Origin: a virus
Lineage: Duplodnaviria > Heunggongvirae > Uroviricota > Caudoviricetes
Strand: one strand, 5' to 3'
IMG/VR virus record: IMGVR_UViG_2944808559_000001
Coordinates: 1 to 23,108 of that record
DNA: 23,108 nucleotides
Shown one piece after another: positions 15,202 to 23,108 of this stretch. Under the pieces are notes generated by a model. That model was not told the DNA's origin. It saw only the letters and a program-made list of their open reading frames with translations, and made no database searches. Position 1 is the stretch's first letter; each line of letters starts with the position of its first letter. The position numbers were made by a program, and so were the translations under genes.

Positions 15202-16164
15202 ATGATCGCACCCCACGCCCCCACCTGCGTTCTTTGTGGAGCCCCGCATGCTCGGGCAGAACACGTCTGGACTCGCCGACTTGCCCAGTATCAGCAGAGG
15301 CTCTCCCCGGGGGCCGGATTTACCGCTGACCTGATCATGGCGGACCTTGGGCGTCGACCACTCCGAAGCGCTAACGGACAGCGTTGGACACATCCAACAT
15401 TCCCACACGTGACCGTGCCCGCATGCGAGGACTGCAATAAATGGTTGAACGATAACTTCGAGCGCCCTGCACATGCGGCAATCACAAAAACACTCGACGA
15501 ATGTGACGTTCCTCTAACCTATGCTGAAACGACAGCGTTGGCGCGATGGCTAGGAAAAACATCCCTTTTGCTTCAACACCAAGAAGCCAAAGGCATTGTT
15601 CCCGGCGACGAGGATCGCCGCCAAAGAGACTGCTGGGAAGTGGCTACAAGACTTGTTCGAGAGCTACGGAGGGGAAGTGAACTGCCCGACGACCTTTCTA
15701 TCTGGATGGCGCGGGCCGATGACACGGACGGAAACGCCGAGCTTTCGACTTCGCCGCGAATCTACCTACCCACAACGAGCGGCACTGGTGGCCTCGGCGG
15801 AGAAAGTGTCGCCACCTCATTCGGCATAGGCATGCGCAGCGGGGCAATGCTATGCGTCCAGGTGGCTTACCACCCTCTCGTTGATATAGCGCATCCTTTT
15901 GAGGGTTCCCGCTTTGCGATACGCCTGTGGCCTGACCCTCCAGCGAAATTTAACATTCGGAATCTGCCCAGACTATCCACGGTGGGGCGGCGGCAATTCA
16001 ACAGCGTCTTTGTCCGTGGAGCTGGGCACATTACCCTTCCCCTTCCAGACGAACGTGTGACCTGCCGCCCGGATGTGGACCCTCTCATGGATTTCTGGAC
16101 TCATTGGGGCCGCTCCATGCCAGTAGATGAACAATCACCCGAGACTGGAAGCGATCATGAATGA
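15202..16164 (+). CDS. HNH-like zinc-finger protein with an uncharacterised C-terminal domain (320 aa)
   Basis: AAGAGGGAACT-ATG start. CxxC..AEHV and CxxCN..LN..FE motifs of the treble-clef HNH class; visibly lower GC than the flanking phage genes. Confidence 0.7.
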   Translation: MIAPHAPTCVLCGAPHARAEHVWTRRLAQYQQRLSPGAGFTADLIMADLGRRPLRSANGQRWTHPTFPHVTVPACEDCNKWLNDNFERPAHAAITKTLDECDVPLTYAETTALARWLGKTSLLLQHQEAKGIVPGDEDRRQRDCWEVATRLVRELRRGSELPDDLSIWMARADDTDGNAELSTSPRIYLPTTSGTGGLGGESVATSFGIGMRSGAMLCVQVAYHPLVDIAHPFEGSRFAIRLWPDPPAKFNIRNLPRLSTVGRRQFNSVFVRGAGHITLPLPDERVTCRPDVDPLMDFWTHWGRSMPVDEQSPETGSDHE

Positions 16165-16282
16165 CATGCGGTGAACACCCTACTTGGTGTTCGTGGCACT
16201 CACATGAAGCCGAGAAGATCGGACGACTGGCAAGTTCTCGTGAAGAAGCAACTCGCCTGCAGGCAATGCTAAGTCTGCGCTA

Positions 16283-17152
16283 TCACTGGAAAGAACGGCG
16301 GGCCCGGATCTCCAGCTTGGACGCCGCCGTGGTGGAGGTGGCCGCCGCGGTGACGAGCACCGCGCGGGAGTGCGGGTCGCCGACCGCCACGGACGGGGTG
16401 AGGTGCAGCCACCGGAACGCCGAGCCAGGGCCGGTTGCGGCAATCTGGCCAGTCACGTCCGTCCCTGCGGTCATGTCCCACGTGTCGGTCGTCACCAGGC
16501 GGGCCCGCATCTGCCCGCAGTCGATGAGCAGCCGCTGGCCAGCGGACAGCCCGGACGAGCGGGAGACGGTGCCTCCGGTGGCCACGTCGGTCACGGCCGG
16601 GTTCACAGCCGGGCCGGTGACGCGCACCACCGCGTCGGTGATCGGAGCGGTTGAGCCCGCGAGCGTGGTCACCAGCTGGTCGGCGGCGTTGACGGCCCCG
16701 GACCAGGTGGTGTCGAACAAGTCGCGCCAGTACACGCCCGGGATGCGCATCACGGCCGTCAGCCGGGCCATGGCCGCGTCGGTGTTGATCTCCGGCTCGC
16801 TGATCCCGTCGAGGATGACGTCGGCCTGCCGGACGACGGTCCCCGCGACGAAGGTGAGCTTCATCAGCCGGTGCTTGACGCCGAGCACCGCGCCGAGCGC
16901 TTCGAGGTTGTGCTCCATCTGCTCGTACCCGCCCGGCGCCCCCGAGGGGGTGCGGCCGTACACGGTCAGCACGAGCGGCATCGTCGTCGTCTCATGATCG
17001 AGCCCGAGGATGGGCAGCTCCCCCGCCCGGCCGGGCACCTTGACCTCGACCTGTCGCAGGCCCGGAAGAGGCCTGCGCTTGGTGCCCTTCTTGAGTCGCC
17101 AGCACCCGGCAGGATGGTCCAGGGCGACCCCGTCGAGCAGGTACGTCGGCAT
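16283..17152 (-). CDS. Distal tail protein (Dit)-like (289 aa)
   Basis: Directly after the TMP; size, beta-rich sequence, VPGRAG N-terminal motif and basic RARR C-terminus are typical of siphovirus Dit. Confidence 0.8.
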   Translation of the reverse strand: MPTYLLDGVALDHPAGCWRLKKGTKRRPLPGLRQVEVKVPGRAGELPILGLDHETTTMPLVLTVYGRTPSGAPGGYEQMEHNLEALGAVLGVKHRLMKLTFVAGTVVRQADVILDGISEPEINTDAAMARLTAVMRIPGVYWRDLFDTTWSGAVNAADQLVTTLAGSTAPITDAVVRVTGPAVNPAVTDVATGGTVSRSSGLSAGQRLLIDCGQMRARLVTTDTWDMTAGTDVTGQIAATGPGSAFRWLHLTPSVAVGDPHSRAVLVTAAATSTTAASKLEIRARRSFQ

Positions 17153-17317
17153 CTACAGAACCCCCATCAGATCTAGCGAGGGAACTGCCGGGTTTCTCCG
17201 GCAGGGGAATCGCTTCCTCGATATGGTTTCTTTGTTCGAAACGGGTAGGGCTTGTCCGTCGCCTACCTCAACCGAGGGAAGCGAGGAGCCGCTCCCTTCA
17301 GGGATCGGAGGAGTCAC
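17153..17317. other. 165-nt highly structured spacer between TMP-B and Dit
   Basis: Stems 17185-17204, 17210-17220/17273-17284, 17226-17242 and 17244-17267. It ends in CTGATGGGGGTTCTGTAG, which echoes the TMP-B 3' end. Confidence 0.55.
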
Positions 17318-19603
17318 CTACAGCACGCCCAGCATCCCGGCATAGGCGAGGCCGCGGTTGACGGTCTCGCTGGTGGTCTCGGCGGCCGGGTTGATCGTGG
17401 TGACGTGGATGTTGACCCCGGCCGTCCGGTTCGGGCCCACGCCGCCGGTGACGATGCGGCCGGTCGAGCCGATATGCGCGGCGAGCTCCGGCCGGAACGA
17501 CGCCTCCAAGTCCCCGGCGATGCGTGAGGCGGTAGCCAGCACCGTACGGGCCGAGGTTTGCATGCCCTGCGCCATGCCGAGCATCGTGAACTGGCCGATC
17601 TCGGCGAACACCGTCGACGGGGAAGCGATACCGAGGGCCTGCCGCACCCAGTCCGGCATGATCCCCTGGAAGAAGTTGTAGATCATGTCGCGGAACCACG
17701 CTCCGGCCGCGACGATCCCGTTCCACAGCCCGACCAGCAGCTGCCAGCCGAGGTTGTCGACGGCGACGAGGAAGTCGAGGATGCCGCGCCCGGCCGTGGC
17801 CAGCGCGCCGATGAAGTCGCCGGTCAGCAGCAACGCGACCGCCCGGACCAGCGTGATCAGCGGCGGCAGCAGCGCGGTGACGAGCTGCAGCAGCGGCGGC
17901 AGCACCGGCAGGATCGCCGGGAGCAGCTGAGCGAAGGAGCTGATCAGCGCGAGCAGCTGCGGCGACAGGTCCACCAGGGCCTGCAGGAGGACCTGGCCGA
18001 TCTGACCGGCGACCTGCGCGATCAGCGGCAGCAGCGGCCCGAGCACCGGGACCAGCCCGGTCACGAACTGCGCGACCAGCAACGCGAGCTGCGGCAGCAG
18101 CGGCGCGATGGCCGGGATGAGCGTGTTGACGACCAGGACGGCGAGCGCGCCCAGCAGCGGAAGAACCGGCTGGATGGCCAGCAACGCGAGCGAGAACGCG
18201 GAGACCAGCAGGTTCAGCGACGGCAGGACGGCTTGCACGCCGGCCGCGAGGACCTGCGCGACGAGGGAGGCCAGCTGCCCGATGACGGGCAGGAGCGGCG
18301 CCGCCGCGACCATGATGGCCGAGATGGCCTGCGCGATCGGCACCATCGCGGGCGCGACCGCCGCGGCGGCCACGCCCAGCGCGGCGAAGACTGCCGAGAT
18401 GCCGGGGAACAGCGCGGCCAGCGCGGGCACCACCGCCTGGATGGCGGCGGTGAGGATCGGGCCGAGCTGCACCGCCAGCGCCGCCACCAGCGGCGCGAGC
18501 ATGCCGACCCCTTCGGCGACGGCGACGAGAGCCGGAGCGAGCGCGGACGCCATCTGGCCGAGCGACGCGAACACCGACGTGAGGGCGCGCTGCCCGGCCA
18601 TGCTGTTCACCCAGGCGTTGACCCGGTCGAGGATCGTGCCGAGCACCCCGAGCGCGTCCCCTCCGGCGGCACGCACCGCGTCGAACACGCCGGAGAAGAT
18701 CTGCCACACGTCCGCAGCGAGTGAGCCGAGCTGACGCAGGACGAGGACGGCGTCCTGCATCCAGCCGAGCGCCCGGCCGGATTCGGCGGCCGCGGTGAGG
18801 AAGTCCCCGAACCGGACCGCGAGCAGCGCCAGCTCGGGGGCAAGCCCGGCCGCGAACTGGGCGCCTACGGTGGTGATGCGGGTCAGGCCGGTCAGCACCG
18901 GATCGATCGCGACCGCCAGGGCGTCGACGGCGAAGCGCAGCGACGCGAACACCGTGGCGATCGCCGCCACAGCGGTGTCGGAGCGAGCGAACTCGGCGAC
19001 CCGCGCCGCAGCTCGGCCGAGTGCGTCCGCGACCGAGCTCATGCCGATCGCGACGGGCCCCAGCAGCACGTCGGCCAGCGCGGTGAGCTGGCCGAGCAGG
19101 AGGGTGAACAAGCTGTCTTGGACGAGGTTCCGCAGGCCCAGCAGCACCGGCCGCAGGGCACGCAGCTCCCTAGCTGCGCTCTGAGCGGCCCCAGACAGGC
19201 CCTTGATCGCTTCCTCGAACTTCTGTTCGTCTTCCCCCAGCGCGGCCGTGAACGCGTCCTGGACCCCGTACAGGGCCACCGACAGGGTCGCGATTCCGGC
19301 TGCTCCGAGCGCGGCCACTCCGGGCAGAGCCGCGACGAGCCCGACAGCGGGAGCGAGCGCCGCCCCCAGCGAGACGACGCCGTTGGCCAGCGCGCCGGCC
19401 GCGGCCGACATCAGCGCCATCCGGGCGGCGGTGGTGACGATCGCGGCGCCCATCTGCACGACCGAGGCGGTGACCTGGTTGGTCGAGCCGCGGAAGGAGA
19501 TGGAGGCCCGCTGGGTGGTGTCGAGCGCCCGGGTGAGCCGCGTGGCGAACGACTGATCTCGCAGGTCCAGGGTGATGAACAGCTCGCCCACGTTGATCGC
19601 CAC
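17318..19603 (-). CDS. Tape measure protein B (761 aa)
   Basis: Start GTG 19603 after CAGGAGGT gives (M)AINVGELFITLDLR. Ala/Leu-rich helical Pro-periodic repeats, LGIASPSTVFAEIG motif, and position before Dit. Confidence 0.92.
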   Translation of the reverse strand: MAINVGELFITLDLRDQSFATRLTRALDTTQRASISFRGSTNQVTASVVQMGAAIVTTAARMALMSAAAGALANGVVSLGAALAPAVGLVAALPGVAALGAAGIATLSVALYGVQDAFTAALGEDEQKFEEAIKGLSGAAQSAARELRALRPVLLGLRNLVQDSLFTLLLGQLTALADVLLGPVAIGMSSVADALGRAAARVAEFARSDTAVAAIATVFASLRFAVDALAVAIDPVLTGLTRITTVGAQFAAGLAPELALLAVRFGDFLTAAAESGRALGWMQDAVLVLRQLGSLAADVWQIFSGVFDAVRAAGGDALGVLGTILDRVNAWVNSMAGQRALTSVFASLGQMASALAPALVAVAEGVGMLAPLVAALAVQLGPILTAAIQAVVPALAALFPGISAVFAALGVAAAAVAPAMVPIAQAISAIMVAAAPLLPVIGQLASLVAQVLAAGVQAVLPSLNLLVSAFSLALLAIQPVLPLLGALAVLVVNTLIPAIAPLLPQLALLVAQFVTGLVPVLGPLLPLIAQVAGQIGQVLLQALVDLSPQLLALISSFAQLLPAILPVLPPLLQLVTALLPPLITLVRAVALLLTGDFIGALATAGRGILDFLVAVDNLGWQLLVGLWNGIVAAGAWFRDMIYNFFQGIMPDWVRQALGIASPSTVFAEIGQFTMLGMAQGMQTSARTVLATASRIAGDLEASFRPELAAHIGSTGRIVTGGVGPNRTAGVNIHVTTINPAAETTSETVNRGLAYAGMLGVL

Positions 19604-19650
19604 CGTCTCCACCTCCTGTGGGGTCCCGAATGAGAGGTGGAGACGGCGAC
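19599..19650 (-). promoter_or_regulatory. Hairpin that sequesters the TMP-B ribosome-binding site and start codon
   Basis: Perfect 13-bp inverted repeat CCGTCTCCACCTC (19603-19615) / GAGGTGGAGACGG (19634-19646), extendable to 17 bp with two G-U pairs on the minus-strand RNA. Confidence 0.65.
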
Positions 19651-19677
19651 AACGACCAGGGGGCCCGGGGGCGGGCG

Positions 19678-22600
19678 TCAGACCAGGCCGAGCACCGAGG
19701 CGTACTGCAGCCCCTTGTTGACCGTCTTGCTGGTGGGTTCGGCCTGGGGGTAGTTGTTCGTCACGTTGACCACGGTCTGGTTACCGGCCCGGCCGCCGAC
19801 CATCCCGGGGGTGAGCGTCGCGGCCGGCTTCGGCGTGAACACCTTGGTCAACTGGCCCGCGACCCCAGCCGCCTTGGCGAGCATCTTCGGCGCGGCCTCG
19901 ACGATGCCGTTCTCCAGACCGGACATGGTGAACGCGCCGATCTCGGCGAAGATCTGCGATGGCGACTTGATCTTCAGTGACTTCTTGATCTGGTTGACGA
20001 GCGCGTTGGCGATGTCGCGCATCGCCGCTTCGATCTGCTTCTTCTGCGAGACGATTCCGGCCAGGAAGCCCTTGCCCGCGTTTTTCCCGGCGTCGAACAT
20101 CGCGTCGGCGGCGGCCTTCCCGGCATCCTTCGCAGCCTTCTCGATCATCCCGTAGGTGCTGTTGATCGACTTGAAGGTGGACGAGTCCGCCTGCAGGATC
20201 GCCTGCCCCAGCTCGTTACCGGCCTCAGGCCCGGCCTCGATGATCTGGCTCAGCAGGCCCTTCGACAGGCCGCGCGCGGCCAGCTTCTTGATCGTGTTGG
20301 CCCAGGACTTGATCAGCGCGAGCCGCGACTTCAGCCCTTCCTGGATGCCTTCCGCGCTGGCGGGGTTCTGCTCGTTGAACCCCATGTTCGACAGGTTCGC
20401 GAACTGGCGGGTCTGGTCGCCGATCTGCTTGGCGTACGCCATCGCGTCAGCGATCGTCTTGACGATCGCCTCTCGCTCCTTGGCGAGCTTGGCCAGCTCG
20501 GTGTTGCCGGACCGGATCGACTCGACCAGGTGGTCCTTCACCCCGGCCGTGATCCTGCCGGACTGGAAGGCGTTCACCACGGCGTCGACCATCCGGCCGG
20601 CCGTGTCCTTGATCTTGGACTCTTCTCCTTGAAGGCCGAGCACCCAGCCCTTGGCCGTGTCGGAGCCGACCGCCGCCATCACCTTCGACGGCGAGCTGAT
20701 GCCGAGGAGCCGCTTGATCCAGGAGATGAAGCCGGAGAACAGGTTGCCGACGGAGGAGGTGAAGGAGTTCCAGGCGTTGACGAACCCCTGCTTGATGCCG
20801 TTGACGAGGTCCGCGCCGAGAGTCCACAACTTTTTGAAGGCGGCGGTGATGGTGTTGCCGAACTGGGTGACCCCGTTCTTGATCGTCTCCCACGCGCCTT
20901 GGAAGTCGCCGGTGAGGACCTTGGCCAGGGCGGTGACGATGCTGATGACCAGCGGAATCACCGACGAGCCGAGCTGGATCAGCGGCGGCAGGACCGGCGT
21001 GATCGCTGAGACGATCTTGGTGAAGATGGTCGCGAGGTTGAGCAGGATCGGCGACAGCGCCGTCACGAGCTGCACCAGCGGCGGCAGCAGCGCCGTGGCG
21101 AGCTGCATGATCGGCGGCAGGATCGGCAGGATCGCCGTGATCAGCTGACCGAAGATCGTCGCGAGCTGCGTGAAGATCGGCGACAGCTGCATGATCGCCT
21201 GCTGGATGGCCTGTCCGAACAGGACGGCCATCTGCGAGATCGGCGGCAGCAGCGGCGTGATCGCGCCGACGAGGATCGTGATCGCCTGCACCAGGACGCC
21301 GCCGAGCGCGGCGGCGATCTGCCCCACCACGGGGATCAGCGGAGTGATCGCCGGGACGAGCCCGGTGATGAGCTGCGCGGCGAGCTGCGCGATCGGCGGG
21401 ACGAGCGGCAGCAGCGCGATGACGAGCTGCCCGAACGCCTGCGCGATCTGACCGATCACCGGCCGAAGCTGCGTCAGGACCGGAGCGAGCGACGTGGTGA
21501 CGGTCTGCCCGACGCGCACCAGGACCGGCGCCAGCGCGGTCGCGAAGGTCGCGACGAGCTGCAGAACCGGCGGCAGCAGCGGGATCAGCGCCGCCGCGAG
21601 CTGCGCGAACGACCCCATCAGGCTGCCGATGCTCGGGCCGAGCTGCGTCAGGACCGGCGCGAGCTGCGCGGACAGCGTCTGCGCGATCATCGTCAGCCCG
21701 GACATGAGCGGCCCCGCTAGCGATCCCGCTAGCCCGACAACCGCGCCGAGCAGCGGCCCCATCGCCTGCAGGAGACCACCGAGACCGGTCATCAGCGTGG
21801 CCAGCAGGCCGGAATTCTCCGACAGCGCGGCCGAGATCGGAGCCATGAATCCGGCGAGCTGCCCGCCGAACTGGCCCAGCGACCCGGCGACCTGCGACAG
21901 CATCGGCACCACGGCCGCGACGACACCCTGGATGGCGGGCAGCATCGGCCCGAGGAAATCGCCAAGACCGGCCGTGAACTGCCCGATCAGCGGCGCGATC
22001 TGAGCGAACATGCCCTGCAGGGCGGGCGCGATCTGCGTCGAGAACATCGTCTTCAGCGACCCGGCCGCCTGCGCGAGCGGCCCCTCCAGCACGGACGCGG
22101 CCTGCGCCAGGTCCGCCTGGACGGACTTCTTCAGGTCGGCGAAGGCGGCCTTGACCTTGGCCGACTCCATCGCGGCCTTGATGCCGATGACCGCGATCCC
22201 GGCCGTGATCCCGGCGAACACCCCGGCCAGCACACCGCCAGCTCCGACGCCGGCGGCGCCCATCCCGACGAGCGCTGTGCCGGCCTTGTTGGCCATGCCG
22301 AGGACCATCGGCGTGGAGGTGAGCGTCGCGGACCCGAACTGGGTCAGGCCAGTCGTCATGGTGGTGAGCGCGCCGCGCACGGTCAGCGACGAGATACGCA
22401 CCAGCCCGGACGTGGCCTGCCACGCAGTGGAGATGCGCCGCAGGTTCGTCACCACCTGCGACAGCTGGTTGTAGGCGGAGGTGACGCGGTTACGCATCTC
22501 CTCGCTGTCAGCCCACAGCCCGCGCATCCCGGCCGCGACGCCGGCGAACGCGGCCGCGGTGCGGGCGCGCATGGCGTCGACGCCCCGGCCGATCAGGCTC

Positions 22601-23108
22601 ATGGCCGCGCTGACGACGAGCCCGACAGGGGAGAACGCGAGCAGCGACGCCCGCGCGGCCGACATCTCCCCCGTGATGACCTTGCGTACGACGATCACGG
22701 CGGCGGCGAGCAGCGCCAGGACCGCGATCACCTTTAGGAACGAACTGGTGGAGCCGGACTCGAACAGGCGGGCCGCGAGTCCCATCGACCCCATCGCGGT
22801 GCCGAACACGCTGGAGACCGCGGACATCTTCGAGATCGCGCCGGACAGGCCGCCGAGACTGGTCAGCAGGCCGCGCACGACCTCGCCGAACCGGGTCCCG
22901 GACAGGACGGCGTTGAGCGCCATCTCCGCGAGATGCAGCGCCGCCTCCTTGGCCGCGGAGGCGATCGCCTGCCCCATCGCGGTCCCGGCGGCCCCCATCG
23001 CGTCCATGACGGCCGCGAACACCGGGCTCGCGGCGCGGGCCTTGGCGATCGCCGAAGACAGGCCGCTGGCCACCTGCTCCCGCAACTCCAGGCTGATGAA
23101 CAGCTCGC
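19678..23108 (-). CDS. Tape measure protein A (>1142 aa; 5' end just outside the window)
   Basis: The frame is open to the window edge and reads ELFISLELREQVA, matching the TMP-B N-terminus. Pro-periodic helical repeats, LGISSPSKV and LKIKSPSQIFAEIG motifs, and a C-terminus homologous to TMP-B. Confidence 0.92.
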   Translation of the reverse strand, partial: ELFISLELREQVASGLSSAIAKARAASPVFAAVMDAMGAAGTAMGQAIASAAKEAALHLAEMALNAVLSGTRFGEVVRGLLTSLGGLSGAISKMSAVSSVFGTAMGSMGLAARLFESGSTSSFLKVIAVLALLAAAVIVVRKVITGEMSAARASLLAFSPVGLVVSAAMSLIGRGVDAMRARTAAAFAGVAAGMRGLWADSEEMRNRVTSAYNQLSQVVTNLRRISTAWQATSGLVRISSLTVRGALTTMTTGLTQFGSATLTSTPMVLGMANKAGTALVGMGAAGVGAGGVLAGVFAGITAGIAVIGIKAAMESAKVKAAFADLKKSVQADLAQAASVLEGPLAQAAGSLKTMFSTQIAPALQGMFAQIAPLIGQFTAGLGDFLGPMLPAIQGVVAAVVPMLSQVAGSLGQFGGQLAGFMAPISAALSENSGLLATLMTGLGGLLQAMGPLLGAVVGLAGSLAGPLMSGLTMIAQTLSAQLAPVLTQLGPSIGSLMGSFAQLAAALIPLLPPVLQLVATFATALAPVLVRVGQTVTTSLAPVLTQLRPVIGQIAQAFGQLVIALLPLVPPIAQLAAQLITGLVPAITPLIPVVGQIAAALGGVLVQAITILVGAITPLLPPISQMAVLFGQAIQQAIMQLSPIFTQLATIFGQLITAILPILPPIMQLATALLPPLVQLVTALSPILLNLATIFTKIVSAITPVLPPLIQLGSSVIPLVISIVTALAKVLTGDFQGAWETIKNGVTQFGNTITAAFKKLWTLGADLVNGIKQGFVNAWNSFTSSVGNLFSGFISWIKRLLGISSPSKVMAAVGSDTAKGWVLGLQGEESKIKDTAGRMVDAVVNAFQSGRITAGVKDHLVESIRSGNTELAKLAKEREAIVKTIADAMAYAKQIGDQTRQFANLSNMGFNEQNPASAEGIQEGLKSRLALIKSWANTIKKLAARGLSKGLLSQIIEAGPEAGNELGQAILQADSSTFKSINSTYGMIEKAAKDAGKAAADAMFDAGKNAGKGFLAGIVSQKKQIEAAMRDIANALVNQIKKSLKIKSPSQIFAEIGAFTMSGLENGIVEAAPKMLAKAAGVAGQLTKVFTPKPAATLTPGMVGGRAGNQTVVNVTNNYPQAEPTSKTVNKGLQYASVLGLV

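Larger units (their letters stand above)
5401..23108 (-). mobile_element. Tail and lysis region of a prophage (or phage tail-like element); continues beyond the right edge
   Basis: Co-oriented, mostly translationally coupled genes in canonical siphovirus order (TMP, Dit, tail tip, lysis). No att site, integrase or head gene is visible. Confidence 0.9.

Noticed and set aside
17226-17245. GTTCGAA resembling a tRNA T-loop
   Set aside because: No T-stem, acceptor stem or anticodon arm in a cloverleaf arrangement; I found no tRNA gene in the window.
16161-23085. Many long + strand ORFs and alternate-frame ORFs overlapping Dit and the TMP genes (e.g. 16161-16997, 17558-18724, 17298-18707, 20447-22423)
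   Set aside because: They are Arg/Pro/Gly-rich shadow frames expected in ~70% GC coding DNA; the codon bias supports only the annotated frames.

Overview
High-GC actinomycete-type DNA. Positions ~5400-23108 are the late tail and lysis region of a temperate siphovirus-like element on the minus strand. In transcription order it holds tape measure protein A (cut by the window edge), tape measure protein B, a distal tail protein, an opposite-strand AT-richer insert (134-aa ORF and HNH-like protein), tail-tip protein 1 with a partner and a small coiled-coil gene, tail-tip protein 2 with a paralogous partner, membrane proteins, an amidase endolysin, an XF1762-family gene and a holin. Positions 1-5400 are accessory cargo: DUF3800, a membrane-anchored 12-residue-repeat (pentapeptide-like) protein, a broken second holin copy, a PadR plus membrane partner pair, a candidate small peptide and a putative tandem winged-helix protein. 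The main oddity is that the tail module is doubled. There are two tandem tape measure genes with conserved termini and two intact paralogous Tal/FN3/fibre genes, each with its own partner, but only one Dit. An RBS-occluding hairpin sits on one TMP and a TTA codon near the start of one tip gene. This suggests an element that can build alternative tails (inference, untested). No capsid, terminase or integrase gene is in the window, so prophage versus tail-like particle cannot be decided. All product calls come from motif recognition by eye; no database searches were run.
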